Shown: one piece after another, positions 19,738-28,422 of the stretch
Numbering within the stretch: the stretch's first letter is position 1
How the letters are laid out: every line of letters starts with the position of its first letter
Source: a virus
Lineage: Duplodnaviria > Caudoviricetes
Strand: one strand, 5' to 3'
DNA: 64,000 nt
IMG/VR virus record: IMGVR_UViG_3300033074_000984
The notes under the pieces: model-generated
Databases searched by the model: none
Told to the model about the DNA's origin: nothing
Seen by the model: only the letters and a program-made list of their open reading frames with translations
Made by a program: the position numbers and the translations under genes

Positions 19738-22200
19738 ACACAGTGAGCGACAACGCATTCTACGTGCGATCATCACCAGACAGCACACAAGGAACTGACG
19801 TAGGCGTCGGCTACTACGCGGGAGCGCGCACAGCGCTCCCGACTGGGATAGCGCTGTGCGACGGAGCCAACTACTCTCAAGCGCTCTTTCCTAAGAGCTA
19901 CGCAGCGCTGGGTGATCGGTTCTCGCGTTCGACTAACGTCCACGTAAACGGCAAGCCGTGGAAGAGCAGCCCAACCGCTTCTGGCACAATAACCTCATGG
20001 ACTACGGGTACGAGCCTGCCAGGCGTGCTGAAGGACTCACAGGCCGTAGTCACCAAGAACAGAGTGTACCTTCTTGGCGGGTCTAACGACTCCAGCTACC
20101 TCGCAACCGTCTACACGGCTCCGATCAACTCTGACGGCACTCTAGGGACCTGGACGACTGGCACGAGCTTGCCTGGCAACTTAAAGCAGTCTCAAGCCGT
20201 GATGACGAAGGACCGAGTTCATCTCATGGGAGGTGACAACGGCTCTTCAGTCTCCACGGTCTATACGGCTCCAGTCAACTCAGACGGGACTCTAGGCACC
20301 TGGACGACTGGCACCAGCCTGCCAGCTGCCAAGCACACAGCATCTGCGGTTGTCACGAAGGACCGCGTCTACCTGATGGGTGGAGACAACGGCTCTGGAC
20401 TCGTCTCTAACGTCTACACAGCTCCCGTCAACTCAGACGGCACGCTTGGCAGCTGGAGCACGACGACGAGCCTGCCAGGCGGATTAAGGTTCTCTCAAGC
20501 TGTAGTGAACGGCAACTGGGTATACCTGCTCGGCGGAGGCACGCCCAACGCCGTGTCTACCGTCTATCGAGCCAGGGTCTACGACGACGGCTCGCTCGGA
20601 GCATGGAGCACCGACACCAGCCTCCCTGGCGTGCTGCGCATGAGCCAAGCCGTGGTGGTGAAGAACTACGTGTACCTCCTTGGCGGCTCTATAACTAGCA
20701 CGAGCGTGTCGACTGTGTACATGGCGCAGATCAACGCTGACGGGTCTATAGGCGCCTGGACGACCGGCACGAGCTTGCCAGGAAACCTTGAGGTGTCGCA
20801 AGCAATCATCACTAAGGATCACGTTTACACTCTTGGTGGCTGGAACGGATCTAACACGGTGTCTACGGTCTACGTGGGCGCAGCCTCAGGGGCTGGCCTC
20901 AACGACTACCTCACCGGAACTACGCTCTCATGCTACCTGCCGGCTACTGGCGGCTCTGAGTTCGCAGTGCCGAGACTACCGCTGATAAACGACTCTGGCA
21001 TAGTCCACCTTCTTTATCCCTATGTGAGTCTCAAATGAGCATAGAAAAGATCGGCGCGTTCTCGTCAACGCCTAGTGGAGCTCTAAACCCTGGAGTCGTG
21101 TACTGGTCTTCTACGACGAACGGCGTGCTGTGCGACGGAGCCAACTACGCACAGTCTAGCAAGTCTGGCTTGTACGGAGCTCTCGGCAGCCGATTCACAC
21201 GATCTACAAACATTCACATTAACGGCCACCCGTCAAAGAATCGCTTCCTGGACACTGGTACCGGCTCTGGTGACATAGCCTCATGGAGCACCGGCACCAG
21301 TCTGCCGGTAGCCTCGACACTCTCGCAAGCCTTCGTCACCAAGGACCGAGTCCATCTCATCGTCGGGCATGACGCCTCAGGCGCATCTAGCTCTGTCTAC
21401 ACGGCTCCGATCAACTCAGACGGCACGCTCGGTACGTGGGCCGCCGGAGGAAGCCTTCCAGTAGGCGTCTACAGCTTTAACTCACTGATGACAAAGGACC
21501 GCGTCTACCTTCTCGGAGGCGACACGGGCTCGGTAACCTCTACCGTCTACACAGCTCCAGTCAACTCAGACGGCACGCTCGGTACGTGGACCACTGGCAC
21601 CAGCCTGCCCAGCGCCAGACGAGCTTTTCAAACTGTGGTGACGCATGATCGAGCCTACCTGTTCGGAGGTGACACCGTTCCAAACGGCGTCGTAAACACT
21701 AACGGCGGCGCCAGCTCCACGGTCTACACGGCTCCGATCAACTCTGACGGGACCCTCGGCAGCTGGACGACAGCCGCGTCTCTACCAGAGGGAAGCTACG
21801 GATCGCAGTTCGTGGCGCTGGGCAGCAGAGTGTACATGCTGGGCGGCGCCAACGGAACTGGTGTCATATCTACCGTAAGGTCTGCAGTAATCAACGAAGA
21901 CGGCACGATCGGCACCTGGCAGACAGAGCTGAGCTTGCCGGGTGCGCGACGGTACTCTGCTGCACTCGTGCTGAAGAACAAGATCTATCTCGTAGGCGGC
22001 CACGACGGCACGAACTACTATTCAACCACGTATTACGCTACGCTGAACAGCGACGGCTCTATAGGCTCGTGGTCTAGCGGCATCAGCATTCCAGCAGCCA
22101 GGATGTCCTCGCAAGTGATAGCCACGAAGGACCACGTATACGTCCTCGGCGGCTACAACGGCGGCTACCTGTCGGACGTCTACTACGCTAGCGTCTCTGG
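18700..22200 (+). repeat. Kelch blade repeats of about 150 bp, 18 blades across three genes
   Basis: Recurring gtctacacggctccgatcaactcNgacggcac core; near-identical 303-bp two-blade duplication near 18748 and 19051. Confidence 0.85.
19743..21038 (+). CDS. Tail-collar protein with inserted six-blade Kelch propeller, paralog 2
   Basis: LPTGIALCDGANYSQALFPKSYAALG ... EFAVPRL with six Kelch repeats; GTG start. Confidence 0.8.
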   Translation: MSDNAFYVRSSPDSTQGTDVGVGYYAGARTALPTGIALCDGANYSQALFPKSYAALGDRFSRSTNVHVNGKPWKSSPTASGTITSWTTGTSLPGVLKDSQAVVTKNRVYLLGGSNDSSYLATVYTAPINSDGTLGTWTTGTSLPGNLKQSQAVMTKDRVHLMGGDNGSSVSTVYTAPVNSDGTLGTWTTGTSLPAAKHTASAVVTKDRVYLMGGDNGSGLVSNVYTAPVNSDGTLGSWSTTTSLPGGLRFSQAVVNGNWVYLLGGGTPNAVSTVYRARVYDDGSLGAWSTDTSLPGVLRMSQAVVVKNYVYLLGGSITSTSVSTVYMAQINADGSIGAWTTGTSLPGNLEVSQAIITKDHVYTLGGWNGSNTVSTVYVGAASGAGLNDYLTGTTLSCYLPATGGSEFAVPRLPLINDSGIVHLLYPYVSLK

Positions 22201-22345
22201 TGTTGGAACGAACGATTGCCTAACTGGAACCACCCTCGAGTGCTACCTGCCAGCCACCAGCGGCTCTGAGTTCGCAGTGCCGCGACTGGCGCCAAGAACC
22301 AACTTCTATTCTGGAACTCGAGAGTATCCCCTAATTACGTCGTAG
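21035..22345 (+). CDS. Tail-collar protein with inserted six-blade Kelch propeller, paralog 3
   Basis: VLCDGANYAQSSKSGLYGALG ... EFAVPRL with six Kelch repeats; ATGA overlap. Confidence 0.8.
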   Translation: MSIEKIGAFSSTPSGALNPGVVYWSSTTNGVLCDGANYAQSSKSGLYGALGSRFTRSTNIHINGHPSKNRFLDTGTGSGDIASWSTGTSLPVASTLSQAFVTKDRVHLIVGHDASGASSSVYTAPINSDGTLGTWAAGGSLPVGVYSFNSLMTKDRVYLLGGDTGSVTSTVYTAPVNSDGTLGTWTTGTSLPSARRAFQTVVTHDRAYLFGGDTVPNGVVNTNGGASSTVYTAPINSDGTLGSWTTAASLPEGSYGSQFVALGSRVYMLGGANGTGVISTVRSAVINEDGTIGTWQTELSLPGARRYSAALVLKNKIYLVGGHDGTNYYSTTYYATLNSDGSIGSWSSGISIPAARMSSQVIATKDHVYVLGGYNGGYLSDVYYASVSGVGTNDCLTGTTLECYLPATSGSEFAVPRLAPRTNFYSGTREYPLITS

Positions 22346-22353
22346 GAGACATC

Positions 22354-22809
22354 ATGGCACAGTACACGTCTAGCCCACTCATAATACAAACAAACGCTGG
22401 CGAGCTCGTCGCGGTCAACAACTCTAACCCGGCGTACCTAGCTCTACTAGCGTCTGGCGAGGAGATACTCCCGTACGTGCCGCCGCCGGCTGACGAGTTC
22501 CTAGCGCGTGACCTGTTCTATCAGTTCACGGCTGGCGACGTGGCCAGGCTCCAGATCGCTATCGAGGACGAGTCAACCGCGGCAAGAGCCGCGATCGCGG
22601 CACAACAGGAGCCGTCAGCTCCTCTGCGCCTTCTGTGGGACTCTCTCACTGCGCAGGGAGAGTGGAAGATCCGCACAACTAGCCAACAGTTCAAAGACGG
22701 CTGGGGCGCGATGACGGCCATACTCGGAGCTACGAGAATGGAAGAGATCGCAATCGCGCTCTACATCAATCCAGACGCAGTCCTACTGACAGAGACCCCG
22801 CCCGCATGA
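22354..22809 (+). CDS. Hypothetical protein, possible tail-fibre assembly chaperone
   Basis: NPAYLA.LASG....PYVPPP motif reminiscent of fibre chaperones; follows the fibre genes; GGAG RBS. Confidence 0.5.
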   Translation: MAQYTSSPLIIQTNAGELVAVNNSNPAYLALLASGEEILPYVPPPADEFLARDLFYQFTAGDVARLQIAIEDESTAARAAIAAQQEPSAPLRLLWDSLTAQGEWKIRTTSQQFKDGWGAMTAILGATRMEEIAIALYINPDAVLLTETPPA

Positions 22810-23054
22810 CGCCCTTGATCTTTCTTAGAAACTACGCCTACAACGCGCTCTGTCTCGCGTCCCAAGCCGCGAACACCCTGCTGCTCGGCGGTGACCCAGA
22901 CGAGAGCCTCTCCTCACGAGCTGGCAAGAGCATTCGTGATGGTGGCTGGGTGTCGGACGTTCCCCTGCCTGAATGGCTGCGCGCTCACTTTCTCTGGTCT
23001 ATAGAGGATGATCGCGGAGACGCGAGTGCGTGGCTACGGAGAGAGATCGGCTGA
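22806..23054 (+). CDS. Small conserved phage protein
   Basis: SQ..N.LL.GGDPDESLSSRAGK motif of a widespread small phage family; coupled to neighbours at both ends. Confidence 0.6.
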   Translation: MTPLIFLRNYAYNALCLASQAANTLLLGGDPDESLSSRAGKSIRDGGWVSDVPLPEWLRAHFLWSIEDDRGDASAWLRREIG

Positions 23055-23374
23055 TGGCGCAGAAGAGAAACCTAACTATTGACCAACGAGCCACGTTCTC
23101 ACACGTCTTCGACGTCATTCGTGACGGAGAGGCGGCGAGCCTCTCAGGCTACGAGGGCGCTGCGGCCATGAAGACCAGCTACTACGCAGAGAGCAACGCC
23201 GCGGTCTTCGACGTGACGGTCGGGAACACGAACGTCACTGTAAGCATGAACGCTGAGACCACCGCAGCTATCGAGCCAGGAAGGTACGTCTATGACGTTC
23301 GCGTGTACGCGCCATCCGGCGCCAGCACTCGGGTCGTAGAGGGCCTCGTCACCGTCAAGGGCGGCGTTTCATAA
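23054..23374 (+). CDS. Conserved virion protein (BppU N-terminal-like beta-sandwich)
   Basis: NLTIDQ.ATFS ... PGRYVYDV ... RVVEGLVTV; start moved to ATG 23054 (TGATG overlap). Confidence 0.7.
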   Translation: MAQKRNLTIDQRATFSHVFDVIRDGEAASLSGYEGAAAMKTSYYAESNAAVFDVTVGNTNVTVSMNAETTAAIEPGRYVYDVRVYAPSGASTRVVEGLVTVKGGVS

Positions 23375-23377
23375 ATA
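23370..23377 (+). promoter_or_regulatory. T4-type late promoter (CATAAATA)
   Basis: NATAAATA box upstream of the ORF at 23406. Confidence 0.6.
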
Positions 23378-23405
23378 AGTCAGACAACACGGGAACTAGG
23401 GCACA

Positions 23406-23789
23406 ATGGCAGCTAACATCGCAGACTCCAGACCTCTTGACTACGGACTCACGGTCTTTAGCAACGAGGCGTCGCACATCTACATCACCAGCGCTGAAGC
23501 TACGACGTTCGCCCAAGCCACGTCGACCTATGCGCTTGGTAACAAGAACTTCGGCGCAGGAAGCACGTTCGGCGCGCCGGCGGCCGGCTCCCCTAACGGT
23601 CGCAAGGTCACCTCGGTGGCGGTGACTAACGGCTCTGTGACGGCGAACGGGACGGCGACTAACTGGGCCGTTGTAGACTCTGCCAACTCGCGACTCCTCG
23701 CTGTCGGCAGCCTCACGGCGTCCCAGGTAGTGACGAACGGCAACCAGTTCACGCTGAGCGCCTTCGACATCCGCTATCCGAACCAGTAA
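23406..23789 (+). CDS. Virion structural protein, fibre-associated
   Basis: Beta-rich; GRKVT..A...GSVT..GTA..WA..D...LLA...L..SQ.VT.GN.FTL..FDI pattern seen next to Gly-rich phage fibres. Confidence 0.6.
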   Translation: MAANIADSRPLDYGLTVFSNEASHIYITSAEATTFAQATSTYALGNKNFGAGSTFGAPAAGSPNGRKVTSVAVTNGSVTANGTATNWAVVDSANSRLLAVGSLTASQVVTNGNQFTLSAFDIRYPNQ

Positions 23790-23816
23790 GCTTCGCGCGA
23801 GACTAGGTCATGAGAG

Positions 23817-24209
23817 ATGGTGCTCAGAGCGGCCTCGAGAGAGGAGATCGCTGAAACGACCCTCGCTGCGTTCGGCGAGAGTGTTAAGATCGACGCAGAG
23901 CTTGAAAGGGGTGAGGCGTACGCGCTCAAAACTGAGCACGGCCCCGCCCTTTTTGTTAAGAGCGACGTCCACGAGTACAAGATAACGATCGTCTTCACGG
24001 GCTCAGGCGTCGAGAACAAGCTAGAGGCCATATCTGTTGTCGACTGGATGTTTGAGAACACCGACGCTGAGCGCGTGATCGGATATATCAGCTCCGACAA
24101 CAAGGCGTGCCTAGCTCTGATCAAGTACTTGAAGAGCTACACGCTAGATGACGGCCCTGACGGACTAAAGATCTACAGAGTTGTAAAGAGCTCGTGGCTG
24201 GGAGGGTAA
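23817..24209 (+). CDS. Hypothetical protein, possible GNAT-like fold
   Basis: VDWMFENTDAERVIGYISSDNKACLAL resembles the C-terminal half of RimJ/RimL-type GNAT domains. Confidence 0.4.
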   Translation: MVLRAASREEIAETTLAAFGESVKIDAELERGEAYALKTEHGPALFVKSDVHEYKITIVFTGSGVENKLEAISVVDWMFENTDAERVIGYISSDNKACLALIKYLKSYTLDDGPDGLKIYRVVKSSWLGG

Positions 24210-24212
24210 CGA

Positions 24213-27200
24213 ATGGCCCTTCACGTCATAGTACTTACCAGCGGCAACACAGCAGCTGTACCCAGCAACTGGAACAGCGGTAACAACTCTGTCGAGGTCA
24301 TCGGCGTCGGAGGCACCGGATACGGCGGAGGCACCGGTGGCGGTGGCGGTGGCGGTGGCGCTTACGCCAAGACGACAAACCTCTCAGCTACGCCTGGTGG
24401 AACGTTCTATCTAAGCATACCGTCTGGCGGCTCTCAAACCGCCGCATGGCTGTCAACTACTGGTAGCGCGCCGGGCAATTCGAGCCAGGGCGTACTGGCT
24501 GACTACGGTCGTAACGCTACTAGCTCTACTAGAGCTGTCGGCGGACTAAACACAAACTCTATAGGCAGCGTAACATACTCCGGCGGCTCTGGTGGAAACG
24601 GCGGCAGCTCGTCTCAGGGAGGCGGCGGTGGAGGCGGCGCTGCAGGTAGCTCTGGCGCAGGAAAGAACGGCGGAGTAAACAACTCCACTGGCGGAGGCGG
24701 CGGTGGTGGCTCTAACGGAGGGTCATCTACTGACGGCTCGTCATCTTCTAGCGGTGGCGCTGGTGGAGCAGGCACCGGCGGCGGAGGAGGGGGCGGATCG
24801 GGCGCCTCAGGAAGCTCTGGAGGCGGCGGCGGCGGTGGTGGTGCCGCCGCCGCAGGTGGAGCTGGTGGCTCAGACGTAACTCTAGACGGCTCCAGTGCTG
24901 GATCCGGCGGCGGCGGCGGTGGAGGCGGCTCTTCTTTTGGTGCCGGCCACGCTGGTGGCGCTGGTGGTGGATACGGCGGCGGCGGTGGTGGTGCCGGCGC
25001 CAGCAAGTCCTCGAACGGCACTGGCGGCGTAGGCGCACAAGCCGTGATCGTCATCACCTATGACGACTCTGTGGCGCTCTCGTCTAGCTCTCTTACGACA
25101 TCGTCGCCGTCTATTGGCTCGTCAACTCTTGTGCAGATACACGCGGTATCTACTGACGGACTGACGACTGAGGGGCTGTCGCTCGGCACCGTCGGTCCTG
25201 AGTTCTGGGCGGACGCCTACGACCCGTTCACGCTGTCTGACGACGGCTGGATCTTCTACGAGTACCAAGACGCGAACCCGACCATAGTCGAGATCGTGTT
25301 CTATAACTTCACCACTGCGGGAGTGACGACTTCTAGCCCGGCACTCGGCAGCGCGTCAGTGGGACAGGTTCACGCTCTAGCTGCGACCGGCAAGGCCATC
25401 TCGTCTCCAGCGATCGGTGCGTCATCTGTCGGCCAGGTACACGCGTTCACTGGAGCCTCTTTAACTACGGGCTCGCCTGTCATCGGCCCGTCAGCTCTGG
25501 GTCAGGTACACACCCTCGCAGGCACGTCTCTCTCGAGAGGCTCTCCTGCGATAGCGTCCGCGACTGTTGGTCAGGTGCAAGGCCTGACTGGAGCCTCGAT
25601 CGCTACGAGCTCGCCGGTCATCGGCTCGTCTGCGGTGGCGCAAACGCATGGACTGACGAGCACGTCCCTCGCTACGACGTCACCGACCCTGGCGTCTCCT
25701 AGCGCAGTAATATACGCGACGATCACGGCCACGTCTCTTAGTAGAGGCTCGCCGGTTATTGGGTCGCCGTCAGCAACGATATATGCAACGCTGTCAGCCG
25801 CCTCTCTCGACAGAGGAGCGCCGGTCCTCGGCTCAGCTTCAGCGACGATATACGCCACAGCAGCGGCCACTGGTCTAGCAACCAGTTCACCGGTCATAGG
25901 CTCGTCAGTCATCGCGCAGACGCATGGACTTACGAGCGCGTCTCTCTCGAGAGGCTCTCCGGTCATCTCCTCAGCAGTTGTAGGACAGGTTCACTCTGTC
26001 GCAACTACTGCCTCTACTATCGGCTCACCAGTCATCGGCTCGGCTACGGTGGCACAGACGCACTCTGTCTCTGCAGCCGGTCTGTCAACCGGCTCTCCGA
26101 CCATCGAAGATGCAGACGCAGTGGTGTACGCTGTGGCTGGCGGTGCATCTGTAGCGACGTCGTCCCCCGCTCTCGGTTCGCCGTCACTGACACAGACGCA
26201 CGGCCTCAGTGCTACGTCACTGACCACTGCAGGCGCTGTGCCTGGAATAGCTACAGTCGCCGCTGCTGGAGACTTTATAAGCGACCCACTGGTAATAGTG
26301 GCGCTCTCAATAGAGACGGCGACGATCGCCCAGACTCACGAGCTTGCTAGCGAGTCGCTCGTGACGAGCTCGCCTGTCAGTGAAGACGCGTCACTGAGAC
26401 AGACCCATGCGATCTTGGCGTCTGCTCTCGCGTCAGGACAACCCTCCGTCACGGACGCCGTTATCCAGCAGGCTCACGCACTCTCTACAGGCGCTGTAGA
26501 GCTCTCTTCAACGTCGATACAAGACAGCGATCTCAGTCAGACCCATGACCTCGAAGCGACTTCAGTCGCTACAGCGTCGCCGGCACTTGACGCAGCAGAG
26601 CTGATTCGTCGAGCGCTCCTTAGCGCTGACTCTGTATCGATCGAGCCTGTCTCCGTCAGCTCTCCAACGATTGCCCAGATCAACGGGCTCGTAAGCGCGG
26701 GCGTCTCGATCGGCTCAGTCGTCGTAGACGAGTCAATCGTCAAGCAGACTCACAGCCTCTACGGAGACGAGCTCTCTGTCCAAAGCGCAGTGATAACGAG
26801 CGCTGCCCCAGTAACAATCTCTGTCATAGAGCCTGTTGGGTTAGAAACAGCTGCGCCGCAGATACAAGAGCCGACTGTCGCTCAGATCCATGCGATCTCT
26901 GCTACGAGCTTCGCTACGTCTGAGCTCGCAATAGGCGTCCCTGCTGTTGGCCAGAACTACTACGTCGTCGCTGACCCTCTCAGCGTCACTCCGTCGTTCG
27001 ACGAGCCGTCTGTGTGTCAGACGCACGAGCTCTTAGCGGATCCTACGATCTGCTCCTCACCGGCCATAGACGCTCCTATCATAAAGGAGCTCTCTTACTC
27101 TCCGCCGGCCACCAGAAGCACAGTTACGATAGGCGCTGACAAGACGTCTCGCGTCACAGAGGTCGTGTCAGACCGTTCGCTCGCTGCGCTAACCTCCTCC

Positions 27201-27392
27201 TCGCCCTCAAAAGCCAGCCTAGCGCAAAGCTCTTCGACAAAAAGCGTGAGTGCGATAGACGGTGACAATACGTCTCAGGTCACAAGAGCTGCGCAAGAGC
27301 GCTCGTTCGCTGCATTAATAGCCTCTATGTCATCCAAAACGCGTTTGTCGCGAAGCTCTTCGACAAGAAGCAGCGTCACTCTGCCTAAATAG
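24213..27392 (+). CDS. Long fibre protein: Gly-rich N-terminal domain plus Ser/Thr/Ala-rich repeats
   Basis: VEVIGVGG..GGGGG Gly-rich domain ending GAQAVIVITY; many ~24-aa QxH.L...S....SP.IG repeats. Confidence 0.75.
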   Translation: MALHVIVLTSGNTAAVPSNWNSGNNSVEVIGVGGTGYGGGTGGGGGGGGAYAKTTNLSATPGGTFYLSIPSGGSQTAAWLSTTGSAPGNSSQGVLADYGRNATSSTRAVGGLNTNSIGSVTYSGGSGGNGGSSSQGGGGGGGAAGSSGAGKNGGVNNSTGGGGGGGSNGGSSTDGSSSSSGGAGGAGTGGGGGGGSGASGSSGGGGGGGGAAAAGGAGGSDVTLDGSSAGSGGGGGGGGSSFGAGHAGGAGGGYGGGGGGAGASKSSNGTGGVGAQAVIVITYDDSVALSSSSLTTSSPSIGSSTLVQIHAVSTDGLTTEGLSLGTVGPEFWADAYDPFTLSDDGWIFYEYQDANPTIVEIVFYNFTTAGVTTSSPALGSASVGQVHALAATGKAISSPAIGASSVGQVHAFTGASLTTGSPVIGPSALGQVHTLAGTSLSRGSPAIASATVGQVQGLTGASIATSSPVIGSSAVAQTHGLTSTSLATTSPTLASPSAVIYATITATSLSRGSPVIGSPSATIYATLSAASLDRGAPVLGSASATIYATAAATGLATSSPVIGSSVIAQTHGLTSASLSRGSPVISSAVVGQVHSVATTASTIGSPVIGSATVAQTHSVSAAGLSTGSPTIEDADAVVYAVAGGASVATSSPALGSPSLTQTHGLSATSLTTAGAVPGIATVAAAGDFISDPLVIVALSIETATIAQTHELASESLVTSSPVSEDASLRQTHAILASALASGQPSVTDAVIQQAHALSTGAVELSSTSIQDSDLSQTHDLEATSVATASPALDAAELIRRALLSADSVSIEPVSVSSPTIAQINGLVSAGVSIGSVVVDESIVKQTHSLYGDELSVQSAVITSAAPVTISVIEPVGLETAAPQIQEPTVAQIHAISATSFATSELAIGVPAVGQNYYVVADPLSVTPSFDEPSVCQTHELLADPTICSSPAIDAPIIKELSYSPPATRSTVTIGADKTSRVTEVVSDRSLAALTSSSPSKASLAQSSSTKSVSAIDGDNTSQVTRAAQERSFAALIASMSSKTRLSRSSSTRSSVTLPK
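27384..27391 (+). promoter_or_regulatory. Probable late promoter (CCTAAATA)
   Basis: TAAATA core upstream of the gp13 RBS. Confidence 0.45.
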
Positions 27393-27407
27393 AAATCGGA
27401 GCAAGAC

Positions 27408-28376
27408 ATGACACCAACAACTAGAGACGAGTTCAAGAAGTTCTGCCTCAGACAGCTCGGACACGGAGTCATCAAGGTGAACGTGTCACCAGAGCAGGTT
27501 GACGACTGTGTAGACATGGCTCTTACTCGATTCGCCGACTATCACTTCGACGCGTCGGAGTACACCTTCTATAAGTACCTCGTAGAGGAGAGCAACAAGC
27601 CCGATCGAGTCTACGTCGCCACCGTAGACGAGGGCGGATCAGGATACGCCAACAACGAGCCGCTTGTCTTCTCCGACCCTCGAGGCTCGGGCGCTGCCGG
27701 CTACGTGACGACTGACAGCTCTGGCAAGATCACGAGCGCGACGATCACCGCCTCTGGCGACTCCTACTTCAGTGACCCTACTACGACGATAGACACCGTC
27801 GCTGGCACTGGCGGCGTGGTCCGTGGAGAGCTCGGTGGCTGGGTGCCCATGCCAGACAACGCTCTGGGAGTCGTTGACCTGTTTGACATGGGCTCTGAGA
27901 CCGGCGTAAACAACATCTTCAACATCCGGTACCAGATCGCCCTCAACGACCTGTACACGCTGACGTCTGTCTCAATGGTGCCGTTCTACATGGCCATGCA
28001 GCACGTACAGTTCCTCGAGATGATGCTTGTTGGCAAGAAGCCGCTGAGGTATAACCGGTACCGTAACCGACTCTACATCGACATGGACTGGTCAATCACA
28101 ACTACGGGCACCATCATCGCAGCTAAGGCGTATCGAGTGATTGACCCAAACGAGTGCCGTAAGGTCTGGTCAGACTACTGGCTCCAGAAGTACTCTGTAC
28201 AGCTGATAAAGCGCGTATGGGGAACGAACCTCAGCAAGTACGCTCAGGTGCCAGGGCCGGGCGGCGTGATGCTCAACTCAGACAAGATATTCAACGACGC
28301 AACTGCAGAGATAGAGAAGCTCGAGTACGAACTGGTGAACAGCTGGTCTCTTCCCGCCATAGACATGATCGGATGA
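27408..28376 (+). CDS. gp13: Neck protein gp13
   Basis: CLRQLG..VIKVNV..EQVDDC, FNIRYQ..LNDLY, WGTNLSKY...PGGVMLN. Confidence 0.92.
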   Translation: MTPTTRDEFKKFCLRQLGHGVIKVNVSPEQVDDCVDMALTRFADYHFDASEYTFYKYLVEESNKPDRVYVATVDEGGSGYANNEPLVFSDPRGSGAAGYVTTDSSGKITSATITASGDSYFSDPTTTIDTVAGTGGVVRGELGGWVPMPDNALGVVDLFDMGSETGVNNIFNIRYQIALNDLYTLTSVSMVPFYMAMQHVQFLEMMLVGKKPLRYNRYRNRLYIDMDWSITTTGTIIAAKAYRVIDPNECRKVWSDYWLQKYSVQLIKRVWGTNLSKYAQVPGPGGVMLNSDKIFNDATAEIEKLEYELVNSWSLPAIDMIG

Positions 28377-28389
28377 CTGACATACTTTG

Positions 28390-28420
28390 TATATATATAC
28401 CTCATCAGCTGATGGAGGTA
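28390..28420 (+). promoter_or_regulatory. Late-promoter variant (TATATATA) plus RBS-sequestering hairpin
   Basis: TATATATA 28390-28397; TACCTCATC-AGCT-GATGGAGGTA stem buries GGAGG. Confidence 0.65.
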
Positions 28421-28422
28421 CT

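Noticed and set aside
18439-22345. Diversity-generating retroelement (TR/VR pair) in the Kelch repeats
   Set aside because: Differences between repeats are not adenine-specific, all copies are coding, and no reverse transcriptase is in the window
24614-25057. Polyproline ORF on the minus strand
   Set aside because: Antisense shadow of the Gly-rich GGC/GGT codons of the fibre gene
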